A stretch of DNA of 64,000 nt from an uncultured Eubacteriales bacterium. Lineage in GTDB: Bacteria; Bacillota; Clostridia; Oscillospirales; CAG-272. The stretch's first letter is position 1. Each line of letters opens with the position of its first letter. The stretch covers positions 39,790-103,789 of the forward strand of contig CASGAQ010000002.1 in NCBI GenBank assembly GCA_949299535.1. The letters run 5' to 3'. Below the pieces are notes generated by a model. It was not told the DNA's origin and ran no database searches. It saw only the letters and a list, made by a program, of their open reading frames with translations. Shown here one piece after another: positions 22,905 through 31,634 of this stretch. Position numbers and translations under genes: made by a program.

Positions 22905-22940
22905 AAATGGGCAGTCCCTTAATGGGGTTGCCCATTTTTA
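22905..22940 (+). terminator. hairpin downstream of lysS
   Basis: aaatgggca/tgcccattt stem followed by T-rich sequence. Confidence 0.6.
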
Positions 22941-22975
22941 GAAGAAAGAGAAATATAAAGTTACAGAGGTATAGT

Positions 22976-23488
22976 ATGGATATAAGACAAGAGAGAATAG
23001 AAGATTATAATTTAATATATACGGTAGTAAAAGCTGCTTTTGACAGTGCAGAACACGCAGATGGCAACGAGCAGGAGTTAGTAACTGCGCTAAGAAAAGG
23101 TGAAAACTATATTCCACAGTTAGCGTTAGTAGCTGAGGAAAAAGGGGAAATTGTAGGTCATATTATGTTTACAAAGGCAAGAGTTGGTGAGACTGATGTT
23201 TTAGCACTGGCGCCATTATCTGTTTTGCCGGAATATCAAAGAAAAGGGATTGGAACTGCTCTGATAAAGGAAGGACATAAAATTGCAAAAGATTTAGGAT
23301 ATGGCTATTCTGTCGTTTTGGGAAGCGACACCTATTACCCAAGAGTAGGCTATGTGCCGGCGGATACATTAGGAATATTCCCTCCTTTTGAGATCCCAAG
23401 AGAAAATTTTATGGCTTATAAAATAAATGAAAAGTCTCCTGATGTTACTGGCGTTATAACTTATGCAAAAGAGTTCGGTATTGAATAA
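22976..23488 (+). CDS. GNAT family N-acetyltransferase (YhbS-like)
   Basis: 170 aa. Acetyl-CoA motif PEYQRKGIGTALI. RBS agagg before the ATG at 22976. TTA-rich Leu codon usage is unlike its neighbours. Confidence 0.85.
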   Translation: MDIRQERIEDYNLIYTVVKAAFDSAEHADGNEQELVTALRKGENYIPQLALVAEEKGEIVGHIMFTKARVGETDVLALAPLSVLPEYQRKGIGTALIKEGHKIAKDLGYGYSVVLGSDTYYPRVGYVPADTLGIFPPFEIPRENFMAYKINEKSPDVTGVITYAKEFGIE

Positions 23489-23511
23489 TATGACTTCCGG
23501 TTGTCAAATCA

Positions 23512-23551
23512 CCCTTTGAGAGAGAAATACTTCTTTCTCAAAGGGCTTTTT
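23512..23551 (+). terminator. intrinsic terminator after the GNAT gene
   Basis: 15-bp stem ccctttgagagagaa/ttctttctcaaaggg (one mismatch) followed by cttttt. Confidence 0.8.
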
Positions 23552-23809
23552 ATCTGCATTTTGTGTGCTATTTCAATCTTTCTTTTCAGATATAATGCAA
23601 TTATAGGGCGAATAGCTCCAATGTTAATATGTGTTGCTTGTAGCAACGGCTTGTTTTGAATACAATAATGGTAACAACTGAAAGGAAGGTGGTTATATTT
23701 CCCAGTTTTTCCGCTCCTCACCAATTCTTCTTCGTTTGAGTGTTGATCATCCGTGACTTACATAAACTGCGATGATGTAAACGGAGCGGGAAATTTTGTT
23801 TTTGCTTGA

Positions 23810-23838
23810 TTGATAAATATAATCTTTTATGATATAAT
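23810..23838 (+). promoter_or_regulatory. sigma-A type promoter of the Gre-paralog operon
   Basis: TTGATA, 17 nt, TATAAT. Confidence 0.65.
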
Positions 23839-23902
23839 GTCTATGACGATTTGCAATATATTTGCCGCCATATACACTTGCGTATTTTAAGGAGAAAAAC
23901 TT

Positions 23903-24406
23903 ATGCATGATGAGTTGACAAAAGTCGATATAAAAAAGATGCAGGATGAGATAGATTACCGCGTAAATGTTCTTACCCCGAAGCTTAAAGAAGAACTAAG
24001 TAAAGCGCGAGCACTCGGCGATCTGAGCGAAAATTTTGAGTATAAATCATCAAAAAGGGAACTCAGCCGCAATTACAGCAGGATAAATTATTTACAGCGC
24101 ATGATAGCTACTGCCGTAATCGTTTCTACGGATACCGACGAAGGAAAAGTAGGGCTTTTCAGTAAAGTACGCCTTTATGTTGAAGAAGACGACGAGGAGA
24201 TGGATATAGTTATAGTTACAACTCTTCGCCAAAACTCAACGGAGGGTTTTATAAGCAAGGAATCGCCTTTGGGCAAAGCCATAATGGGAAAGAAAGTCGG
24301 AGATAGAGTTCTTGTTAAAGTGAATGACAATTACAGTTACTATGTCGTTATTCGTTCGGTTGAAAAGGGCGAGGACGATGAGAATCTTGAGATAAGTTCT
24401 TTCTGA
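23903..24406 (+). CDS. GreA/GreB-family protein, second paralog
   Basis: 167 aa. Coiled-coil tip GDLSENFEYKSSK retains the acidic residues. C-terminal SKESPLGKAIMGKKVGD. RBS aaggag. Confidence 0.85.
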   Translation: MHDELTKVDIKKMQDEIDYRVNVLTPKLKEELSKARALGDLSENFEYKSSKRELSRNYSRINYLQRMIATAVIVSTDTDEGKVGLFSKVRLYVEEDDEEMDIVIVTTLRQNSTEGFISKESPLGKAIMGKKVGDRVLVKVNDNYSYYVVIRSVEKGEDDENLEISSF

Positions 24407-24407
24407 T

Positions 24408-24989
24408 ATGCCGCGCGAAGACAGACCTCTTTTGTTTGATGAAGATATACGCATACTTCTTTTTGATTATCTTGATTTCAAATATCCGAAAGTGCGGACA
24501 TTTGAAGAAAAGATAATAGGTCGTTCACGCTCAGACGTAGTAGTTGTATTACCGGACGCTGTTATCGGTATAGAGATAAAAAGTGATGCAGATTCATACG
24601 CGCGCCTTTCGACACAAATCAAAGATTATGATAAATATTTCGATATGAACTATATTCTTGTCGGCGAGAGCCATCTGACTCAAGTGGGAAAACACATTCC
24701 AGGTCATTGGGGTATTCTTTATGTAGATCAGAGAGAGGAAGAGCCTATCGTTCGAGAAGCGCGTTCAGCTTGTCAAAATCCCAAGATAAAGCTTAAAACT
24801 CAGTTTGCTTTTATATGGAAGCGCGAACTTTTGGAACTGCTCAGGATAAACGGTCTTTACTCGCACAGACACAAAAAAAGAATGCTTATCGTTGACACTC
24901 TTACGGCAAATGTGGAGCCGAAACTATTAAAACTTCAAATGTGCGATATCCTTTTTGAAAGAGATTATTCTATATTCGAAGAAGAATAA
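24408..24989 (+). CDS. sce7726-like protein with PD-(D/E)xK-type motif
   Basis: 193 aa. SDVVVV...GIEIKSD matches a D...E-x-K nuclease-fold core. The overall pattern (DIR..L..YL, EIKSD.DS..RL..Q...Y...FD, WGIL, W.RELLELL) fits my recollection of the sce7726 family. It starts 1 nt after the Gre-paralog stop. Confidence 0.6.
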   Translation: MPREDRPLLFDEDIRILLFDYLDFKYPKVRTFEEKIIGRSRSDVVVVLPDAVIGIEIKSDADSYARLSTQIKDYDKYFDMNYILVGESHLTQVGKHIPGHWGILYVDQREEEPIVREARSACQNPKIKLKTQFAFIWKRELLELLRINGLYSHRHKKRMLIVDTLTANVEPKLLKLQMCDILFERDYSIFEEE

Positions 24990-24995
24990 AATATG

Positions 24996-25032
24996 AAAAA
25001 CCGCTATGAACAAGCATAGCGGTTTTGTTTTT
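24996..25032. terminator. bidirectional terminator
   Basis: ccgctatg/catagcgg stem flanked by an A-run and a T-run, between convergent genes. Confidence 0.8.
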
Positions 25033-25045
25033 GAACGACAGGTTT

Positions 25046-26068
25046 TTATGTTTCAAGCTCGCTTTTTATATCTCGTGACATCAATTCTTTCATGACATCG
25101 TACGGTGAACGGTCGTTTTTTATAATATCGCGTACGGCGAGAGTTATCGGCATCTCTACACCGTATTTTTCGGAAAGCTCTACCGCCGCTTCAAGCGCAT
25201 AGTAACCTTCAACGACCATGCCTATTTCTTTTGAGGCTTCTTCATATGTTTTTCCTTTGCCGATGAGTTCGCCGCAACGGTTGTTTCGGCTGTGTACAGA
25301 CGTACATGTTACGATAAGATCGCCTATACCGGCAAGTCCCATGAATGTTCTGCGGCGGCACCCCATGGCAAGACCTATACGCGTCATTTCAGATATGCCG
25401 CGAGTCATAAGCATGGCTTTTGCATTGTCGCCAAGTCCCATTCCTCGCAGAATGCCTGAGGCAATGGCGATGATATTTTTAAGCGCGCCACATATCTCTA
25501 CTCCGAGAATATCTTTATTCGTGTATACTCTCATGCATGAAGCAAAAAATGCGCTGGCTATTTTCAGTGATATTTCTTCATTTTCACATGCCGCTACGAT
25601 AGATGTAGGCATACCAAGAGCAACTTCTTCCGCGTGCGTCGGTCCTGAGAGAGCGGCGATGTCATATTTCAACTCCTTGTTGTTATTTGATATTTCGTCT
25701 TCGATTATTTGAGTCATGGTCATAAGCGTGCCGCTTTCGATTCCTTTTGCGGCGCTTGCTATAATGACGCCGTTTTCAAGATGTTTAGCTGCCAAAACGG
25801 CGGTGTTGCGTATAAATGCAGAGGGAACTGCAAAAATGACCATATCTTTTTCGCGGCAGCCATCTTCTATTTTTTTTGTATATGATATTTGTTCCGGAAG
25901 GATAGTACAGGGAAGATTTTTGTGTTTGCGAGTGCTTTGAAGTTCGTCTATTTCCTGCGGAATTGCAGACCATACGAGAACATCATGACCGTTATTGGCA
26001 AGGAGTGCGGCAAGAGCTATGCCCCAGGTACCTGCGCCGAGTATTCCGATTTTCATTGCGTTATCCAA
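25046..26068 (-). CDS. gpsA: NAD(P)H-dependent glycerol-3-phosphate dehydrogenase
   Basis: MKIGILGAGTWGIALA Rossmann N-terminus. The start is either TTG at 26068 or ATG at 26056. Confidence 0.93.
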   Translation of the reverse strand: MDNAMKIGILGAGTWGIALAALLANNGHDVLVWSAIPQEIDELQSTRKHKNLPCTILPEQISYTKKIEDGCREKDMVIFAVPSAFIRNTAVLAAKHLENGVIIASAAKGIESGTLMTMTQIIEDEISNNNKELKYDIAALSGPTHAEEVALGMPTSIVAACENEEISLKIASAFFASCMRVYTNKDILGVEICGALKNIIAIASGILRGMGLGDNAKAMLMTRGISEMTRIGLAMGCRRRTFMGLAGIGDLIVTCTSVHSRNNRCGELIGKGKTYEEASKEIGMVVEGYYALEAAVELSEKYGVEMPITLAVRDIIKNDRSPYDVMKELMSRDIKSELET

Positions 26069-26194
26069 CTTTCATCTATTGATAGATTTTATCAGTATAT
26101 ATTGTTAATACTATACCACATTTTTGGAAAAATATCAAGTTTTGCCCTGATAAAAGTAATATATTAAGAAATACTAAAACTTTTCGTCAGTACA

Positions 26195-26231
26195 AAAAAC
26201 TTCCGATAAAACTATTTATCGGAAGTTTTTT
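26195..26231. terminator. bidirectional terminator after fhs
   Basis: 16-bp stem aaaaacttccgataaa/tttatcggaagttttt. Confidence 0.8.
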
Positions 26232-26249
26232 CTTATATTTGTATGGATA

Positions 26250-27917
26250 TCAGAACAAGCCGGAAATTACTCCGTTGTCGTCTATATCGATACGTTCTGC
26301 CGCGGGTTCTTTGGGAAGTCCCGGCATGGTCATTATATCGCCTGTGAGTACTACTATAAAGCCGGCGCCGGCAGATATTTTTACATTCTTTATCGTGACT
26401 GTGAAATTATCGGGAGCGCCTATCTTTTTCGCATCGTCAGAGAAGCTGTACTGCGTTTTAGCCATGCAGATGGGCAGATTAGAGTATCCGAGTTCTGTGA
26501 GATGGTCTATCTGTTTTTTTGCCGCAGGAAGAATGGAAATGTCTTTTCCGCGGTAAACTTTTTGAACTATCGCGCGTATCTTGTCTTCGATAGTTCCCTC
26601 GAGTTCATATGCATAATGGAAATCGTTTTCTTCTTCGCAAAGTTTTACTATCTCGTTTGCAAGCTCTATACCTCCGTTTCCTCCATTTGCATGTACGGTG
26701 GAAAGAACGGCATTTACGCCGAGTTCACGGCATTTTTTTATTACGAGGTCTATCTCTGCGTCTGTGTCTGTCGGGAATTTGTTGAGCGCGACAACGGCGG
26801 GAAGTCCGTAAACTTCTTTTATGTTCTCAACGTGGCGCAGAAGATTGGGAAGTCCCTTTTCAAGCGCTTCGAGATTTTCGGGACCGAGGTTTTTCTTGTC
26901 GACGCCGCCGTGCATTTTGAGCGCGCGTATAGTTGCGACTATTACTACGGCAGATGGTTTGAGTTCTGCAGATCTGCATTTTATATCCAAGAACTTTTCA
27001 GCGCCCAAGTCCGCGCCGAATCCTGCTTCCGTGATAGCATAGTCACCAAGCTTCATAGCCATTTTCGTAGCCATTACGGAGTTACAGCCGTGAGCTATGT
27101 TTGCGAAAGGACCGCCGTGAACGAGCGCAGGAGTACCTTCAAGAGTCTGAACGAGATTAGGTTTGATTGCGTCCTTGAGAAGCGCTGCCATAGCGCCTAC
27201 TGCTTTGAGATCGCCTGCGGTGACAGGCTTTTCGTCATATGTATAGCCTATAACTATCTTAGAAAGTCTTTCCTTGAGATTAGAACGAGAGGTGGCAAGG
27301 CAGAGAACAGCCATTATCTCGGAAGCAACGGTGATATCGTAAGAATCTTCGCGTGTAACGCCGTTTACTTTTCCGCCACAGCCGTCAACGATAAAACGGA
27401 GCTGACGGTCGTTCATATCGACGCACCTGTGCCAAGTTATTCTCTGGGGATTGATACGGAGAGCGTTGCCCTGATATATATGGTTGTCTATCATGGCAGC
27501 CAAAAGGTTGTTTGCAGCGCCGATAGCATGGAAGTCGCCCGTGAAGTGAAGATTTATATCTTCCATGGGAACTACCTGTGCGTATCCGCCGCCGGCGGCG
27601 CCGCCTTTGACACCGAAGACCGGTCCCAAAGACGGTTCTCGCAGAGCGACAACAACATTTTTTCCTATCTTACGCAGACCGTCTGCAAGACCTATTGTGG
27701 TTGTTGTTTTTCCTTCTCCAGCAGGAGTAGGTGTTATAGCTGTGACAAGAATAAGCTTGCCTTCTTCTTTTTTGCTTTCGGAAAGGAGGGAAAGATTGAT
27801 CTTAGCTTTATATCTTCCGTAATATTCAAGATATTTTTCATCTATACCGGCAGTTTCGGCAATTTCGGAAATGCGGCGCATTTCAACCGATTGAGCTATT
27901 TCGATATCTGTTTTCAT
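26250..27917 (-). CDS. fhs: formate--tetrahydrofolate ligase
   Basis: 555 aa. [17 protein letters not shown]-loop region, full-length FTHFS pattern. Confidence 0.97.
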   Translation of the reverse strand: MKTDIEIAQSVEMRRISEIAETAGIDEKYLEYYGRYKAKINLSLLSESKKEEGKLILVTAITPTPAGEGKTTTTIGLADGLRKIGKNVVVALREPSLGPVFGVKGGAAGGGYAQVVPMEDINLHFTGDFHAIGAANNLLAAMIDNHIYQGNALRINPQRITWHRCVDMNDRQLRFIVDGCGGKVNGVTREDSYDITVASEIMAVLCLATSRSNLKERLSKIVIGYTYDEKPVTAGDLKAVGAMAALLKDAIKPNLVQTLEGTPALVHGGPFANIAHGCNSVMATKMAMKLGDYAITEAGFGADLGAEKFLDIKCRSAELKPSAVVIVATIRALKMHGGVDKKNLGPENLEALEKGLPNLLRHVENIKEVYGLPAVVALNKFPTDTDAEIDLVIKKCRELGVNAVLSTVHANGGNGGIELANEIVKLCEEENDFHYAYELEGTIEDKIRAIVQKVYRGKDISILPAAKKQIDHLTELGYSNLPICMAKTQYSFSDDAKKIGAPDNFTVTIKNVKISAGAGFIVVLTGDIMTMPGLPKEPAAERIDIDDNGVISGLF

Positions 27918-27938
27918 CTATATCCTCCATTGTGATTT

Positions 27939-30900
27939 TTATTTGAAGTATTTTACCGCGGAACGGAACATGCCCATTTCAAAAACACCGTCAACGTTCT
28001 TGTAAAGACCGTTGCCAATACGTTCGGAATGTCCCATTTTACCGAATACGCGTCCGTCGGGAGATGTTATACCTTCGACAGCGCCGATGGAGTTGTTGGG
28101 GTTAAAGAGAATATTGCTTGTGGGGTTGCCGTCCAAGTCAACGTATTGAGTTGCTATCTGACCGTTTTCTGCAAGTTTTGCAAGGAGTTCTTCATTGCAG
28201 AGGAAGCGTCCTTCGCCGTGAGATATCGGCACGGTGTAGATATCGCCTACGCTTGTTTCGGCAAGCCAGGGAGATTTGTTTGAGGCTATTCTTGTGCGTA
28301 CAAGTCTTGACTGGTGTCTGCCGATGGAGTTGAATGTAAGAGTGGGACATGTTTCATCTGTATCGATGATCTTGCCGTAGGGAACAAGTCCGAGTTTTAT
28401 AAGTGCCTGGAAACCATTGCATATACCGCACATCAAACCATCGCGTTTTTCAAGAAGTTCTGTTACTGCTTCTTTTACAGCCGCGTTTCTGAAGAATGCG
28501 GTTATAAACTTACCGCTGCCGTCCGGTTCATCACCGCCGGAGAAGCCGCCTGGAACGAAGATTATCTGAGAAGATTTTACCTTTTCGGAAAATTCTTCAA
28601 CAGAAGCTGAGATAGCTTCCGAAGTAAGGTTTCTTACGACAAAGAGTTCTGCTTTTGCGCCTGCGTCTTCGAGTACGCGTGCTGTGTCATATTCGCAGTT
28701 TGTACCGGGGAATATCGGAATAAGAACTGTCGGTCTTGCCGTTTTAACAGCGGGAGCAACACGGGATTCTGCCTTATAGGAGAATGTTTCGATGATCTTT
28801 TTGTCTTCTTTGGCTTTTGTCGGGAATACCGGCTCAAGCTTCTTCTCATATATGGAGATGAGTTCTTCAAGGCAGAGCTTTTCGTTCCCTTTGACTATCG
28901 CACGGTCGCTTGTCGTTTTACCGAAGAGCAAAGCGCCCTCGGGAACTGTATCGTCAGCAATTTCTAGGACGAATGCTCCGTAGTTGTATCCGAAGATATC
29001 GTCGGCAGATACGCCGTCTTCGTATGCAAAGCCTATCTTGTTACCGAAGGACATCTTCATTATTGCTTCAGCCACGCCGCCGTATACGGGTGTGTAAGCC
29101 GCAACAGCTTTGCCTGTTGAAGTGAGTGCGAATACTTTTGCAAAAAGTTCTGTAAGAGATTTTGCGTCGGGAAGGTTTTTTTCGTTATAGGTCGGTTTTA
29201 CGAGGTAAACATTGTGACCTGCCGCTTTAAATTCGGGAGATATGATATTCTGAACTTTTTCAGTCGTAACGGCAAAAGATACGAGCGTCGGAGGAACGTC
29301 AAGTTCGTCGAAAGAGCCGCTCATGGAGTCTTTGCCGCCGATAGCTGCGATGCCGAGATCGAGCTGAGCGTCAAGAGCACCGAGAAGAGCCGCGAAAGGT
29401 TTGCCCCAACGCTTGCCTTCGTTTCTGGGTTTTTCGAAATATTCTTGGAAAGTAAGATATACATCTTTGTATTCAGCGCCGGCCGCAACGAGTTTCGCCG
29501 CAGATTCAACAACAGCCAAATATGCGCCGTGATAAGGACTCTTTTCGGATATAAACGGGTTGTAGCCGTAAGACATGAGCGAGCAGTCGTCCGTGTGACC
29601 GTGTTCAAGGGATATCTTGTGAGCCATTGCCTGAATGGGAGTGAGCTGATATTTGCCGCCGAAAGGCATAAGAACAGTGCCTGCGCCGATCGTGGAGTCA
29701 AAGCGTTCGGAAAGACCGCGTTTTGAGCAGATATTAAGGTCGCCTGCAAGAGATTTGTATTTTTCGGAGAAATCTCCGCTCGTGTCTTTGTCAAATGCTT
29801 TGGGAGCTTCGGGCGCAACATTTGTGTGTTTTTCGGCGCCGTTGGAGTTGAGAAACTCTCTGGAAATATCGACTATCTTCTTACCGTTCCAAGTCATTGT
29901 AAGACGAGGTTCTGCAGTTACTGTTGCAACAACAGTTGCTTCAAGGTTTTCTTTTGCCGCCAAAGCGAGGAATTTTTCGACGTCTTTTGATTCTACTGCA
30001 ACAGCCATTCTCTCCTGAGATTCGCTTATTGCAAGCTCTGTTCCGTCAAGACCTTCGTATTTTTTGGGAACAGCGTTAAGGTCTATTGCAAGACCGTCTG
30101 CTATCTCGCCGATGGCAACGGAAACACCGCCGGCACCGAAGTCATTACATCTCTTGATAAGGAGAGAAGCTTCGGGGTTGCGGAACAATCTTTGGAGCTT
30201 GCGTTCTTCGGGAGCGTTACCTTTCTGAACTTCAGCGCCGCAAGTTTCAAGCGAAGTAGCTGTATGAGATTTAGAAGAACCGGTAGCGCCGCCGCAGCCG
30301 TCGCGGCCTGTTCTGCCTCCGAGGAGGATAACGACATCTCCGGGTTCGGGGCATTCACGGCGTACATTAGCCTGAGGAGTAGCCGCGATGACTGCGCCTA
30401 TCTCCATGCGTTTAGCGGCATAGCCGGGATGATATATCTCATCTACTTCACCTGTTGCAAGACCTATCTGGTTGCCATAAGAGGAATAACCTGCGGCAGC
30501 TGTCTGAACGATAGTTCTCTGGGGAAGCTTGCCGGGGATTGTCTGTTCCGTGGGAACGAGCGGGTCTGCCGCGCCGGTAACGCGCATTGCGCCGTAAACA
30601 TAAGAACGTCCGGAAAGCGGATCGCGGATAGCGCCGCCGATACATGTTGCCGCACCGCCGAAAGGTTCAATTTCCGTCGGGTGATTGTGCGTTTCGTTCT
30701 TGAAGAGAAGGAACCATTTTTCTGTCTTACCGTCGATGGTCACATCGATCTTGACAGTGCAGGCGTTTATTTCGTCTGATTCGTCAAGCTTGTCGAGCTT
30801 GCCTGTTTTTTTGAGGTATTTAGCCGCGATAGTACCGATATCCATAAGGTTTTGGGGTTTGGTTCTGCCAAGAGCTTTGCGTGTTTCGATATAACGGTTA

Positions 30901-31634
30901 TAAGCTTCTTCGAGAAGTTTGTCCTCAAATTTTACCTCATCTATCGTGGTAAGGAATGTCGTATGTCTGCAATGGTCGGACCAATATGTGTCGATCATGC
31001 GTATCTCTGTTATAGTGGGATTTCTGTTCTCTGTTTTGAAGTAATCCTGGCAGAATTTGATATCGTCGTTATCCATGGCAAGACCGTAGGATTTTACAAA
31101 ATCCGCAAGACCTTGTGCGTCAAGCTCAAGGAATCCGTCAAGAGTTTTTACTTCTGTGGGGATATCGCATTCGTTTTCGAGCGTTTCGGGCTTTTCAAGG
31201 CTTGCTTCGCGCGCTTCAACGGGATTGATAACGTGCTTTTTAACAGCGGCGATATCGGCGTCCGAGGGGGTTCCCTCTATTATGTAGATTTTAGCCGTGC
31301 GTACTGTGGGACGATTGCCTTTGGAAATTATCTGTATGCATTGAGCAGCGGAATCCGCTCTCATATCGAACTGACCGGGGAGGTATTCAACAGCGAAAAC
31401 TTTCGCTCCGTTTGCGTCGAAATCATCTGTTGCTATATCAAGCTGGGGTTCGGAAAATACTGTTTTGCAGGAATAATCGAAAAGCTCTTCGGAAATGTTT
31501 TCAACATCGTATCTGTTGAGTATGCGAACTCCCGTGATGCTTTCGATCTTTAAAAGCGATTTGATGTCGGAAAGAAGGGAAGCAGCTTCATTTGCAAGCT
31601 CTTTTTTCTTTTCGACGTAAACTCTGTAAACCAT
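27939..31634 (-). CDS. purL: phosphoribosylformylglycinamidine synthase, single-chain large form
   Basis: 1231 aa. An N-terminal PurS-like region, the FGAM synthase core and a C-terminal glutaminase (GICNGFQ) are in one ORF. Confidence 0.96.
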   Translation of the reverse strand: MVYRVYVEKKKELANEAASLLSDIKSLLKIESITGVRILNRYDVENISEELFDYSCKTVFSEPQLDIATDDFDANGAKVFAVEYLPGQFDMRADSAAQCIQIISKGNRPTVRTAKIYIIEGTPSDADIAAVKKHVINPVEAREASLEKPETLENECDIPTEVKTLDGFLELDAQGLADFVKSYGLAMDNDDIKFCQDYFKTENRNPTITEIRMIDTYWSDHCRHTTFLTTIDEVKFEDKLLEEAYNRYIETRKALGRTKPQNLMDIGTIAAKYLKKTGKLDKLDESDEINACTVKIDVTIDGKTEKWFLLFKNETHNHPTEIEPFGGAATCIGGAIRDPLSGRSYVYGAMRVTGAADPLVPTEQTIPGKLPQRTIVQTAAAGYSSYGNQIGLATGEVDEIYHPGYAAKRMEIGAVIAATPQANVRRECPEPGDVVILLGGRTGRDGCGGATGSSKSHTATSLETCGAEVQKGNAPEERKLQRLFRNPEASLLIKRCNDFGAGGVSVAIGEIADGLAIDLNAVPKKYEGLDGTELAISESQERMAVAVESKDVEKFLALAAKENLEATVVATVTAEPRLTMTWNGKKIVDISREFLNSNGAEKHTNVAPEAPKAFDKDTSGDFSEKYKSLAGDLNICSKRGLSERFDSTIGAGTVLMPFGGKYQLTPIQAMAHKISLEHGHTDDCSLMSYGYNPFISEKSPYHGAYLAVVESAAKLVAAGAEYKDVYLTFQEYFEKPRNEGKRWGKPFAALLGALDAQLDLGIAAIGGKDSMSGSFDELDVPPTLVSFAVTTEKVQNIISPEFKAAGHNVYLVKPTYNEKNLPDAKSLTELFAKVFALTSTGKAVAAYTPVYGGVAEAIMKMSFGNKIGFAYEDGVSADDIFGYNYGAFVLEIADDTVPEGALLFGKTTSDRAIVKGNEKLCLEELISIYEKKLEPVFPTKAKEDKKIIETFSYKAESRVAPAVKTARPTVLIPIFPGTNCEYDTARVLEDAGAKAELFVVRNLTSEAISASVEEFSEKVKSSQIIFVPGGFSGGDEPDGSGKFITAFFRNAAVKEAVTELLEKRDGLMCGICNGFQALIKLGLVPYGKIIDTDETCPTLTFNSIGRHQSRLVRTRIASNKSPWLAETSVGDIYTVPISHGEGRFLCNEELLAKLAENGQIATQYVDLDGNPTSNILFNPNNSIGAVEGITSPDGRVFGKMGHSERIGNGLYKNVDGVFEMGMFRSAVKYFK

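Noticed and set aside
26502-27935. 477-aa plus-strand ORF antisense to fhs
   Set aside because: This is a shadow ORF of the well-supported formate-THF ligase gene. Its composition is biased (Phe/Cys/Tyr-rich), it has no RBS, and it has no recognisable domain.
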